The position numbers and the translations under genes are program-made. Below the pieces are notes generated by a model, which was not told where the DNA came from, made no database searches, and worked only from the letters and a program-made list of their open reading frames with translations. DNA of 64,000 nt, from NCBI GenBank assembly GCA_027306595.1, contig DAHUZI010000004.1, positions 19,380-83,379 of the forward strand, read 5' to 3'. Within the stretch, counting starts at the first letter, position 1, and every line of letters begins with the position of its first letter. The stretch comes from Candidatus Dormiibacterota bacterium. Its GTDB lineage: Bacteria; Chloroflexota; Dormibacteria; Aeolococcales; Bog-877. Positions 10,341-19,206 of this stretch are shown one piece after another.

Positions 10341-11660
10341 ATGACCACGATCGCGCCCCCCGACCCGCGCACGGCGGTGACACCGCTCCGGCCCCCCTGG
10401 GCGGAGCCGGACACGGTCACCCGCCTGCGCGCGGCCGGCGCCGCCGCCGCCGGCACCCTGGGCTGGCCCTCCAGCACGGTCGGGGAGGACTGGCGCCGGA
10501 CGGCCCAGATCGATCGGTTCGACCCCGGACGCTTCCGCCAGCCCGACGCGTCGCCGACCGGGGACCGCGATCGGGCGTCCAGCGGACTGCTCGAGATGGC
10601 CCGGTCGGCGGGGCTGGCCTCCGGGGCGGATCACGTCCTCGCCGACGACGCCGGGGGCCACCTCATCGTCGCCGCCGGCTGGGCGGAGCCGTTCGCCATC
10701 GCCGCCGCCCGCGATCCCGGGGCGCTCGACCGGCTGGGGACGGTGCTGGCGCCGACCGCGCGCCCGCTGGTCGCTCACAACTCGGCCCGCTTCGCGGCGG
10801 GCACGCTGGTCCGGGCTCGCGCCGGCGAGCCGCCCCAGACGATCCACCTCGTCCACATCGCGCGGGCCGGCCAGGCCGCCTGGCCCCGGACCCTGGTCGA
10901 GCTGGAGCCGGGCGCCAGCCTCACCCTCGTCGAGGAGTGGCTGAGCGCCGACGGGACCGGCCCTGGCCTGATCGCCCCGGTGAGCGAGCTGGTGGTCGGC
11001 GCGGGGGCGCGCCTCCGCCACGTCCTCGTCCACCGAGGCGATCCCCAGCTTGTGACCCTCGCCAGCAGCCGGGCAGTGGTCGATCGGGACGGCGCCTACG
11101 AGGTGGGCTGGGTCCTGGTGGGCGGGAGCTGGAGCAAGATTCAGCTCGACGTCGACCTGCGGGGGCCCGGAGCCAGCGCCCGGCTGCGCGGCTGCGGGCT
11201 CGCGCGCGGGACTCAGCATCTCGATCTCCAGACCACCCAGGCGCACGACGCTCCCGCCACCGACAGCGACCTCCTCCACCGCACCGTGGTGCGCGACCGG
11301 GCCCGCTCCGTGTACGGGGGGCTCATCCGCGTCGCCGTCGGCGCCCAGAAGACCAACGCCTACGTCCAGAACCGCAATCTCCTTCTCAGCCCCACCGCCA
11401 AGGCCGACAGCAACCCCACCCTCGAGATCCTCGCCAACGACGTGCGCTGCACCCACGGCGCCACCGCCGGACCCGTGGACCCCGAGCAGCTCTTCTACTG
11501 TGAATCGCGGGGGATCGAGCGGGAGGCCGCCCGCGAGCTGGTGGTTGGGGGCTTCCTCGCCGATGTCCTCGATGCGCTGCCGCTGAGCGGGCTGCGCAGC
11601 GCCGCGGTCGACTGGGTGGCCGCCACCCTGGCAGCCCCCGGGGCCAGCCGTGATGGCTGA
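10341..11660 (+). CDS. sufD: Fe-S cluster assembly protein SufD
   Basis: SufD-type C-terminus (GATAGPVDPEQLFYCESRGI). Start chosen at MTTIAPP; the ORF track extends to 10275. Confidence 0.85.
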   Translation: MTTIAPPDPRTAVTPLRPPWAEPDTVTRLRAAGAAAAGTLGWPSSTVGEDWRRTAQIDRFDPGRFRQPDASPTGDRDRASSGLLEMARSAGLASGADHVLADDAGGHLIVAAGWAEPFAIAAARDPGALDRLGTVLAPTARPLVAHNSARFAAGTLVRARAGEPPQTIHLVHIARAGQAAWPRTLVELEPGASLTLVEEWLSADGTGPGLIAPVSELVVGAGARLRHVLVHRGDPQLVTLASSRAVVDRDGAYEVGWVLVGGSWSKIQLDVDLRGPGASARLRGCGLARGTQHLDLQTTQAHDAPATDSDLLHRTVVRDRARSVYGGLIRVAVGAQKTNAYVQNRNLLLSPTAKADSNPTLEILANDVRCTHGATAGPVDPEQLFYCESRGIEREAARELVVGGFLADVLDALPLSGLRSAAVDWVAATLAAPGASRDG

Positions 11661-11985
11661 GTTCGTGCGGGTGTGCGAGGCCGCGGTGCTCCCGCCCGGC
11701 CACGCCGCCCGGGTCGAGATCGACGGCGAGCCGGTCGCCGTCTTCAACGTCGACGGCGCCTACTTCGCCCTCGACGACACCTGCAGCCACGCCCTGGCCT
11801 CGCTCTCCGAAGGCGAGCTCGATGTCCGCGGCTGCGCCATCGAGTGCCCCCTCCACGGCTCCAAGTTCGACCTGCGCACCGGCGAGCCGCGCTGCCTGCC
11901 TGCAGTCGAGCCGGTCCGGACCCACGCCATCGAGCTGCGCGACGGCGCCCTCTGGGTGGCGCTCCGGCGCGAGCAGCGCGTGTGA
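11650..11985 (+). CDS. Rieske (2Fe-2S) domain protein
   Basis: CSH...CPLHG Rieske boxes. Stop overlaps the sufS GTG start. Confidence 0.8.
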   Translation: MMAEFVRVCEAAVLPPGHAARVEIDGEPVAVFNVDGAYFALDDTCSHALASLSEGELDVRGCAIECPLHGSKFDLRTGEPRCLPAVEPVRTHAIELRDGALWVALRREQRV

Positions 11986-13229
11986 GCGTCACCGCTCTCG
12001 ACGCCGCCCGGTTGCGTGGCGACTTCCCCATCCTCGCGGAGGAGGTCAACGGGCACCGGCTCGCGTATCTCGACAGCGCGGCCACCTCCCAGAAGCCCCA
12101 GGCGGTTCTGGACGCCATCGTCGACTACTACCGCACCGCCAACGCCAACGTCCATCGCGGCGTTCACGCCCTGGCGGAGCGCGCCACCGATCTCTTCGAG
12201 GAGGCCCGGGTGCGGACGGCCGCGTTCGTCGGCGCCGATCCGGCCGGCGTCGTCTTCGTGCGCAACACGACCGAGGGGCTGAACCTGGTGGCCCGCGCCT
12301 TCGCCGAGCCCCGCCTGGGGCCGGGGGACCGGATCGTGGTCACGGAGATGGAGCACCACTCCAACTTCGTGCCCTGGCAGATGGTGCGCGATCGCACCGG
12401 CTGCGACCTCGCGGTGGTCCCGGTGGGGACGGACGGACGACTAGACGGCGACCGGCTCGAGCGCCTCCTCACCCGTCCCACCCGACTGCTGGCGGTCGCC
12501 CATGTCAGCAACGTGCTCGGCACCATCAACGACATCGCAACGCTCACCCGGATGGCGCACCGGGAGGGGATCGTCGTGTGCGTCGACGGCGCCCAGGCGG
12601 TACCGCGGATGCCGGTGGATCTCGGCCAGCTCGACGCCGACTTCTACGCCTTCTCCGGGCACAAGATGCTCGGTCCCACCGGCATCGGCGCGGTCTGGGG
12701 CCGACCGGAGCTCCTGGAGTCGATGCCCCCCTTCCTCGGGGGGGGCAACATGATCGAGGTCGTGACGCCCGAGCGAACCACCTGGAACGCCGTGCCCCAC
12801 AAATTCGAGGCCGGCACCCCCGACATCGCCGGCGCCGCCGGGCTGATCGCGGCGATCGACTACCTGGAGCAGGTGGGCATGCCCTCAGTGCAGGCTCACG
12901 AGGCGATGCTGACCTCCTACGCCCACGAGGTCATCGGCGCCGCCGCCGACATCACCCGCTACGGCCCGAGCGCGGGCGACGCCTCGGGGGTGTTGAGCTT
13001 CAACCTCGCTGGGGTCCATCCCCACGATGTGGGCACCATCCTCGATCGTGAGGGGGTGGCCGTCCGCGCCGGCCACCACTGCTGCCAGCCGCTGATGCAC
13101 CGACTGGGGGTGGCCGCCACCGTGCGCGCCAGCTTCGCCCTCTACAACACCGCCGCCGACGTGGACCAGATGGCGCGCGCGCTCGACCGGGTCCGCCGGG
13201 TGTTCGGAGGCGGCGGCGCGAGCGGCTGA
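11982..13229 (+). CDS. sufS: cysteine desulfurase SufS (class V aminotransferase, group II)
   Basis: PLP lysine motif FSGHKMLGPTGIGAVWG and SufS C-terminal RAGHHCCQP. GTG start overlaps the Rieske stop. Confidence 0.9.
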   Translation: MSVTALDAARLRGDFPILAEEVNGHRLAYLDSAATSQKPQAVLDAIVDYYRTANANVHRGVHALAERATDLFEEARVRTAAFVGADPAGVVFVRNTTEGLNLVARAFAEPRLGPGDRIVVTEMEHHSNFVPWQMVRDRTGCDLAVVPVGTDGRLDGDRLERLLTRPTRLLAVAHVSNVLGTINDIATLTRMAHREGIVVCVDGAQAVPRMPVDLGQLDADFYAFSGHKMLGPTGIGAVWGRPELLESMPPFLGGGNMIEVVTPERTTWNAVPHKFEAGTPDIAGAAGLIAAIDYLEQVGMPSVQAHEAMLTSYAHEVIGAAADITRYGPSAGDASGVLSFNLAGVHPHDVGTILDREGVAVRAGHHCCQPLMHRLGVAATVRASFALYNTAADVDQMARALDRVRRVFGGGGASG

Positions 13230-13495
13230 GGTCGCCGCTCGGGTGATCAGCGCCGGCCGCGGCGGTCGGTCGGGGCTGCAATCGCGTCCGAGGTCGCCGA
13301 GGGGAGGAGGTCCACCACCACCACCGTGCGCGCATCGGGCCGGCCGGTGGAGAGGGGATGGGCCCGGGCCCGACCGAGGAGGCCGGCCTCGATGAACGGG
13401 CGATCGGTGGCCCCTGACACGGCCTGGCGGGTGGTGACCCGGGATGGTGGGTCGGGGTCGCCGTGTCGAGGTGCCGGGCCCCCTGGACATGATGG

Positions 13496-13900
13496 GTGTC
13501 GAAGCGACCGGAGCGGTCCGACCAGGCGGAGGGGTCGGTCGAACTCCGGTCACGGGGAGAGGCGGAGCCGGCTGCTGCCATCGGGTCGTGGTGCGAGGGG
13601 CGCGCCAACCACCAGCCCGAGATGAGGCCGGGGTGCGAGGGCTGGCTCCACGCGTGCACCATTTCGACGAGGCGCGCCTTGCGGACGTCGCGCGTGGCCC
13701 GCGCCCGGTCGTTGGGGCTGTTCGACCCGCCGTGACAACCGATGACGTCGCGGACGGCGCTGCTGGAGCGGGTGGGATCGGTCGGGTTCGCACCGCGGCG
13801 GCGCCCCCGCTTCACCTCGGCGAGGAAACCGAACGGCTGGCGTTCGTGGACGCCGTTGACGCCGGCGGAGCCGGGCATCCCGACGGATGGCACGGGCTGA
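13496..13900 (-). CDS. possible small hypothetical protein (weak LAS/M15-peptidase-like motifs)
   Basis: Part of minus ORF 13000..13992: ...FGFLAEVKRG...IGCHGGSNSPND...LVEMVHAW has balanced composition, unlike the surrounding Arg/Pro-rich artefacts. Boundaries are unclear. Confidence 0.2.
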
Positions 13901-14219
13901 GCACGGGCGGGCTGGGTGAACGCCCGACCCGGCTGTGTCCGCGACGTCCGATCGGAAGCTGAGAGGAGGCTGAGAAGACGGCGGGCACACACGCGCCGCG
14001 AACTCAGCGCTGCGCAGGGGGGGGCGGCTCGGCGCCTGGTCGGCCGGAGACGATCGCGCTATGGTGGCCTGCAGGTCATTCCCTGCGGAACGCGATCGGC
14101 GGGAGCCCGACGGGTCCGGGCGTCATGCCCCGGGGTCATCGCCGGGGCGGCGTGACTGAACCAGCGTTCCGCGCCGGGTCGGTGGGTCCGGTCAGTGAGC
14201 CCCGGCGCGGTGGAGGACA

Positions 14220-16082
14220 GTGATGCGTCAAGGCCGATGGCTTCGACGAACTGAAGCCGCGATCGGACCGATCGTGGTGGCGGCGCTCACCGCGGGCGGA
14301 ACCGTCGTCCGCGCGGGGAGCACCCGGCCCCGCCTCCCGGCCGCGCGTCTCGCCGCCACTCCCTGCCCGGGCACCAGCGTCTGTCCCAGCCAGAGCACGC
14401 CGACCGCGTCGCCGACGACCCAGATCAGCTTCCGCGGGATCCCGTTCCGCGAGCTGGCCGCGGCGACGATCCGGGTCACGGGGTCGGCGAGCGGCGCTCG
14501 CACCGGTCGGCTGGTCGCGGACAGCAGCGGGGACGGGGGGAGCTTCTGCCCCAGCCGCCCCTTCACCACCGGTGAGCTCGTCACGGTGGCGACCAGCTAC
14601 AGGGTCTGCGGCGGTCGCGGAGATACCGTCCGCTTCGGGATCGCGGAGCCGCCGCCGCCCCTGTCGCTGCCGGCGTTCCCCGCCCCCAAGCCCGCGTCCG
14701 CTGGCGACTTCCAGCACTTCACCAGCCGGCCGGACCTGGTGCCGCCGATCCTCACAGTGACGAAGGACACCGAGCGTTCACCGGGCGACATCCTCCTCAC
14801 CCGATCAGCCCTGCCCGGCGCGGCCGGCCCGAAGATCGTGGGCGGTCGCAATGGCCTGGCCTGGTTCCATCCGCTGCCCCAGGGGACGGCGGCAACCACC
14901 CGTCGGGTGCAGCGATACCGCGGCCAGCCGGTTCTCACGTTCTGGCAGGGACGAATCGATGCGGCCGGTCACGGAGCCGGCATCGACGAGATCCTCAACG
15001 ACCACTACCGGACGGTTGCCACCGTGCGAGCCGGCAACGGCAATCAGGCCGATCTCCACGCCTTCCTCCTGCGCAACGACCACGCCTGGATCACCGCCTA
15101 CAGCGCGGTCGGCTGGGACATGACGTCGATCGGGGGCCCTGCCGACGGTCTGGTCTGGGACTGCATCGTGCAGGAGATCGACATCCCGACCGGCAACGTC
15201 CTCTTCGAGTGGCACAGCCTCGAGCATGTCGCCCTCGACCGGACGTATCAGAGGTACGCCGGGACCTCGCCGCTGAACAGCGCCGCCGACGACTTCCACG
15301 TCAACGACATCAGCCCTCAGCCCGGCGGGAACGTCCTCACCTCGTCGCGCAATACCGATGGCGCCTACGAGGTCCGGGTCGCGTCCGGCAACCTGCTCTG
15401 GGTGCTGGGGGGCAAGCACAGCAGCTTCCGGATGGGCCCGCTCACCTTCTTCCGGCTCCAGCACGACGCCGTGTACCGGCCGGGCGCCTTGGTCACGCTC
15501 TTCGACGACGAGGACCAGCCCCCGGGCCGGCTCCCGGCCCGGGCCCTCGAGCTGCGCCTCGACACGACGACGATGACCGTTGCACTCGTATACCAGTGGT
15601 ACCACCGTCCGCCGCTCACGGTCGCATCCCAGGGTGACATCGAGCCCCTGCCCGACGGGCACGTGTTCATCGGCTGGGGCCAGCAGCCGAACATCTCGGA
15701 GTTCACGGTCGGGGGGGCCCTTGTCTTGGACGCGCACCGGCCCCTCCGCTTCAGCTATCGCGCCTACCTCGAGCCCTGGTCGGCGGAGCCGGCCAGGCGA
15801 CCGGCGGGCGCGGTCGTCATCGGTCCGACCCAGGGCGCCGACACCCTGTGCGCGAGCTGGAACGGTGCCACCGACGTGGCCCGCTGGCAGGTGCTGGTCG
15901 GAACCGGACCCAAGGCGCTGCGGGTGATCGCCACCGTCCCCCGGACCGGCTTCGAGACCCGGGTCGCGGTGCGAACCGCCCACCGGTTCTTCGCGATCCG
16001 GGCGGTCGACGCCGCCGGTCGCCCGCTCAAGGTCTCCCGCATCGCCCGGCCAGTCCGGCCGGGGCACGTGACGCGCGGGTGA
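14220..16082 (+). CDS. secreted arylsulfotransferase (ASST)-family beta-propeller protein, paralog 1
   Basis: N-terminal hydrophobic signal/anchor. ASST motifs HYRTVATVRAGNG, DLHAF, DDFHVNDI, LTSSRNTDGAYEV. Confidence 0.8.
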   Translation: MMRQGRWLRRTEAAIGPIVVAALTAGGTVVRAGSTRPRLPAARLAATPCPGTSVCPSQSTPTASPTTQISFRGIPFRELAAATIRVTGSASGARTGRLVADSSGDGGSFCPSRPFTTGELVTVATSYRVCGGRGDTVRFGIAEPPPPLSLPAFPAPKPASAGDFQHFTSRPDLVPPILTVTKDTERSPGDILLTRSALPGAAGPKIVGGRNGLAWFHPLPQGTAATTRRVQRYRGQPVLTFWQGRIDAAGHGAGIDEILNDHYRTVATVRAGNGNQADLHAFLLRNDHAWITAYSAVGWDMTSIGGPADGLVWDCIVQEIDIPTGNVLFEWHSLEHVALDRTYQRYAGTSPLNSAADDFHVNDISPQPGGNVLTSSRNTDGAYEVRVASGNLLWVLGGKHSSFRMGPLTFFRLQHDAVYRPGALVTLFDDEDQPPGRLPARALELRLDTTTMTVALVYQWYHRPPLTVASQGDIEPLPDGHVFIGWGQQPNISEFTVGGALVLDAHRPLRFSYRAYLEPWSAEPARRPAGAVVIGPTQGADTLCASWNGATDVARWQVLVGTGPKALRVIATVPRTGFETRVAVRTAHRFFAIRAVDAAGRPLKVSRIARPVRPGHVTRG

Positions 16083-17965
16083 CCGGCGCCGATCACGGGG
16101 GGGCGGGCGGCCCGGAGGCCATCCGGCTGCCAGGTGGCGGCAGGCCGGGCCGGGGTCAGGCGCGGGCGGCGCTGCTGCTTCCGCTCCTGGCGGTGCTGGC
16201 GGCCGCGTGCGGGCCGGCGGCCCCACGCCGGCCGGTGGCCCCCAGCCCCCACGCCGGGCCGCCGCTGACGACGGTCGCGGCCCCGTGCACGGGGGTGAGC
16301 CTCTACCCCAGCCCCGGAACCCCGACCGCCTCCCCCACGACCCAGCTCAGCTTCCGAGGCCTGGCCCCGGGGCGGCTGGAGACCGCCCCGGTCAGCGTCA
16401 TTGGCTCGCGGAGCGGGCGCCACGCGGGTCGCTGGGTGGCCGACAGCGACGGTCGGGGCGCCAGCCTGTACCCGGCGACCCCGTTCGCCGCCGGCGAGAC
16501 CGTGACCGTCCTCACGAGCTTGCGGCTGTGCGGGGTGTCGGGCGGGCGGGCCCAGTTCACGATCGCCCGCCCTCCGCCCAAGCTCCACCTCTTCCCGTCC
16601 TCGGCCGCCCCCGGCCCCTCCGCCCATCTGCGGACGTTCCGGTCGGCGCCCGACCTCCGGCCACCGGCGATCCCCGTCACCACCCACGGGCCGACCGCCC
16701 CCGGCGACCTCTTCCTCGCGCCCAAGAACGGGGAGGGGCTGGGCGGTCCGATGATCCTCGGCCCGACCGGGCACCTCATCTGGTTCGACCCGCTCCGAGG
16801 CACGAAGGCGAGCGACTTCCGGACCCAACGCTACCGTGGCGCCCCGGTCCTCACCTGGTGGCAGGGGGTCGTGATCTCCGGCCACGGGGTCGGCGAGGAC
16901 CTGATCGCCAACCAGCACTACCAGGTGATCGCCACGATCCACGCGGGCAATGGGTACCACGCCGATCTCCATGAGTTCCGCATCGTCGGCTCCGTCGCCT
17001 GGATCACCGCGTTCAACCCGGTGGCGTGGAACCTCGCGTCCGCCGGCGGCCCCGCCGACGGGGCGGTCTGGGACGGCATCGTCGAGGCGATCGACATCCC
17101 GACCGGCAACGTCCTCTTCGAGTGGCACAGCCTCGCCCACGTGGCGCCGCGCTCGAGCGTCGCCCCGTTGCCGACGGTGGCAGGCGCCCCCTACGACTAC
17201 TTCCACGTCAACTCGATCGACCCCCAGCCGGACGGAACGGTTCTCATCTCGTCGCGCAACACCGACTGCGCCTACGAGGTCAACCAGACGACCGGTCGGG
17301 TCCTGTGGCGGCTCGGGGGCCCATCCTCCAGCTTCCGGATGGGACCCGGCACCGTGTTCCGGCTCCAGCACGACGTCCAGTGGCGGGGGGACGGGATCGT
17401 CACCGTCTTCGACGACGAGGACCAGCCCCCGGATCGGCTGCCGGCGCGCGGCCTGGTGCTTCGCCTGAACCTCGCCACCCGGCGGGTCACCCTCGTCCAC
17501 GCCTATGGGCACACCCCGCCGCTCCTGGACTCGGCCCAGGGGAACGTCCAGCTCCTCCCCGACGGCCACCTGTTCATCGGGTGGGGCTCGGCGCCCTACA
17601 TCTCGGAGGTGACCAGGGGCGGCCGGGTCGTGCTCTCGGCGCGGCTGCCCGCGGGGGACAGCTACCGCGCCTACCGGGCGCCCTGGACCGGTCTGCCGCT
17701 CACCCGACCCCAGCTGACGGTGGTCCGCCGCGCGGGCACGGTTGCCCTCTTCGCCAGCTGGAACGGGGCCACCCTGGTCCGGCGGTGGGTGGCCCTCGCG
17801 GGGCCCAGCCCGGCCCGGCTCCGCCCGGTGGGATCGCGGTCGGCGACGAGCTTCCAGACCCGACTCTCGGTTCACCCCAGCCCGGCGTACGTGGCCGTCC
17901 GGGCGGAGGGAACCGGCGGGGTGGCCCTCGCCACCTCGGCGGCGGTCAAGGTGGCCGCGGGCTGA
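16079..17965 (+). CDS. secreted arylsulfotransferase (ASST)-family protein, paralog 2 (lipoprotein-type signal LLPLLAVLAAAC)
   Basis: About 60% identical to paralog 1, sharing the N-terminal PCxGxSxxPSxxTPTASPTTQxSFRG module. GTG start overlaps the paralog-1 stop (GTGA). Confidence 0.75.
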   Translation: MTGADHGGAGGPEAIRLPGGGRPGRGQARAALLLPLLAVLAAACGPAAPRRPVAPSPHAGPPLTTVAAPCTGVSLYPSPGTPTASPTTQLSFRGLAPGRLETAPVSVIGSRSGRHAGRWVADSDGRGASLYPATPFAAGETVTVLTSLRLCGVSGGRAQFTIARPPPKLHLFPSSAAPGPSAHLRTFRSAPDLRPPAIPVTTHGPTAPGDLFLAPKNGEGLGGPMILGPTGHLIWFDPLRGTKASDFRTQRYRGAPVLTWWQGVVISGHGVGEDLIANQHYQVIATIHAGNGYHADLHEFRIVGSVAWITAFNPVAWNLASAGGPADGAVWDGIVEAIDIPTGNVLFEWHSLAHVAPRSSVAPLPTVAGAPYDYFHVNSIDPQPDGTVLISSRNTDCAYEVNQTTGRVLWRLGGPSSSFRMGPGTVFRLQHDVQWRGDGIVTVFDDEDQPPDRLPARGLVLRLNLATRRVTLVHAYGHTPPLLDSAQGNVQLLPDGHLFIGWGSAPYISEVTRGGRVVLSARLPAGDSYRAYRAPWTGLPLTRPQLTVVRRAGTVALFASWNGATLVRRWVALAGPSPARLRPVGSRSATSFQTRLSVHPSPAYVAVRAEGTGGVALATSAAVKVAAG

Positions 17966-18269
17966 GGTCAAACGGCGCCGGGGGCGCCACGCTTTGGCTA
18001 CACTGACGCGGACAGCGCAGCCGGCCGGCGTCCGTGAGACGAGCGGGTGGCCGCCCGCGTCCGGGGCGACCGGCACTCTTGGAAAAGGAGGTCCTGCCCA
18101 TGCACGATCAACCCAGCTCCGTTCCCACCCCCGTGAGCGCCGGCTGAGGACTGCCGCCGGGACCTCAACTCTGGAGGCGCTGATCACCCCGACCCGCTGA
18201 GACCGTGGCCCACTGGGGCGCCGCGGTGTCGGTGGTTCCGACCGGTGGTCACCAGCCGTTGACTCGCAG

Positions 18270-18305
18270 CGGGGGACGGGATCCCGGATCGGATCCCGTC
18301 CCCCG
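18270..18305 (+). terminator. perfect 15-bp inverted repeat with 6-nt loop (CGGGGGACGGGATCC cggatc GGATCCCGTCCCCCG); candidate terminator or regulatory hairpin before sufU
   Basis: Read directly. Lies between the ASST pair and sufU. No U-tract. Confidence 0.35.
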
Positions 18306-18354
18306 TCTCGTGCCCCCCGCCGCCCGGTTCCAATCGCGGCGTAGGATGGGGGGC

Positions 18355-18822
18355 ATGGCCACGGCCGTCGACGACGAGCTCTACCGCGAGATCATTCTCG
18401 ACCACTACCGGCGCCCCCGGCACCGGGGACGGGTGGAGCCGGCGGATGCCGACGTGCACGGGCACAACCCGCTCTGCGGGGATGAAGTCGACGTCACCCT
18501 GAGGGTGCGGGCGGGTCGCATCGAGGCGATCGCCTTCGACGGTCAGGGCTGCTCGATCTCGCTCGCCTCGGCCTCGATGATGGCGGAGCAGGTCGCCGGG
18601 AGCTCGGTGGGCGAGGCCCGCGAGACCGTGCGCCGCTTCAAGCGCATGCTGGTGGACGGGGCCGACCCCCAATCGCCCGACGCGCTCGGCGACCTGGAGG
18701 CCCTCCAGGGCGTCCGCCGCTACGCCAGCCGGGTGAAGTGCGCCGTCCTCGCCTGGAACGCCCTGGAGACCGGCCTCGACCGAGCCGGCGCCCAGGGCGA
18801 GCGAGGGGGCGCGGACGCGTGA
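18355..18822 (+). CDS. sufU: SUF sulfur-transfer/scaffold protein SufU (NifU-like N-terminal domain)
   Basis: LYREIILDHYRRPRH...HNPLCGDEV...GQGCSIS motifs. Confidence 0.9.
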   Translation: MATAVDDELYREIILDHYRRPRHRGRVEPADADVHGHNPLCGDEVDVTLRVRAGRIEAIAFDGQGCSISLASASMMAEQVAGSSVGEARETVRRFKRMLVDGADPQSPDALGDLEALQGVRRYASRVKCAVLAWNALETGLDRAGAQGERGGADA

Positions 18823-19193
18823 GCGAGCCGGACCCGACCGCGATCGCGGCCGACGGGGGGGCGGATGGCGCGGCGGCCACGGGGGCGCGGGCGACCCCCG
18901 ACGCGGTTCGGGCCGCGCTGGCCACCGTCATCGACCCCGAGATCGGCCTGGATATCGTGAGCCTCGGCCTCGTCTACTCCGTGGACGTCGACGAGGCCGG
19001 GGTCGCCCTGGTCGAGATGACGCTCACGACGCCGTACTGCCCACTGGGCCCGGTGCTCGAGACCCAGGTCCACGCGGCGGCCGCGGCCCTTCCGGGCATC
19101 ACGGACGTGCGCCTCGAGCTGGTGTGGAGCCCGCCCTGGGACCCGTACACGATGGCCTCGGAGGAGGCCCGACTCGAGCTCGGCATCTACTGA
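18819..19193 (+). CDS. DUF59/MIP18-family Fe-S assembly protein (SufT-like)
   Basis: VIDPEIGLDIVSLGLVY...LTTPYCP motif. GTG start overlaps the sufU stop. Confidence 0.8.
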   Translation: MSEPDPTAIAADGGADGAAATGARATPDAVRAALATVIDPEIGLDIVSLGLVYSVDVDEAGVALVEMTLTTPYCPLGPVLETQVHAAAAALPGITDVRLELVWSPPWDPYTMASEEARLELGIY

Positions 19194-19206
19194 CGGGGTC
19201 TGGAGG

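Noticed and set aside
9207-11747. 846-aa - strand ORF
   Set aside because: Antisense to sufB/sufD, which are unambiguous.
15764-18187. 807-aa - strand ORF
   Set aside because: Antisense to the two ASST-family genes. Arg/Pro/Gly-rich.
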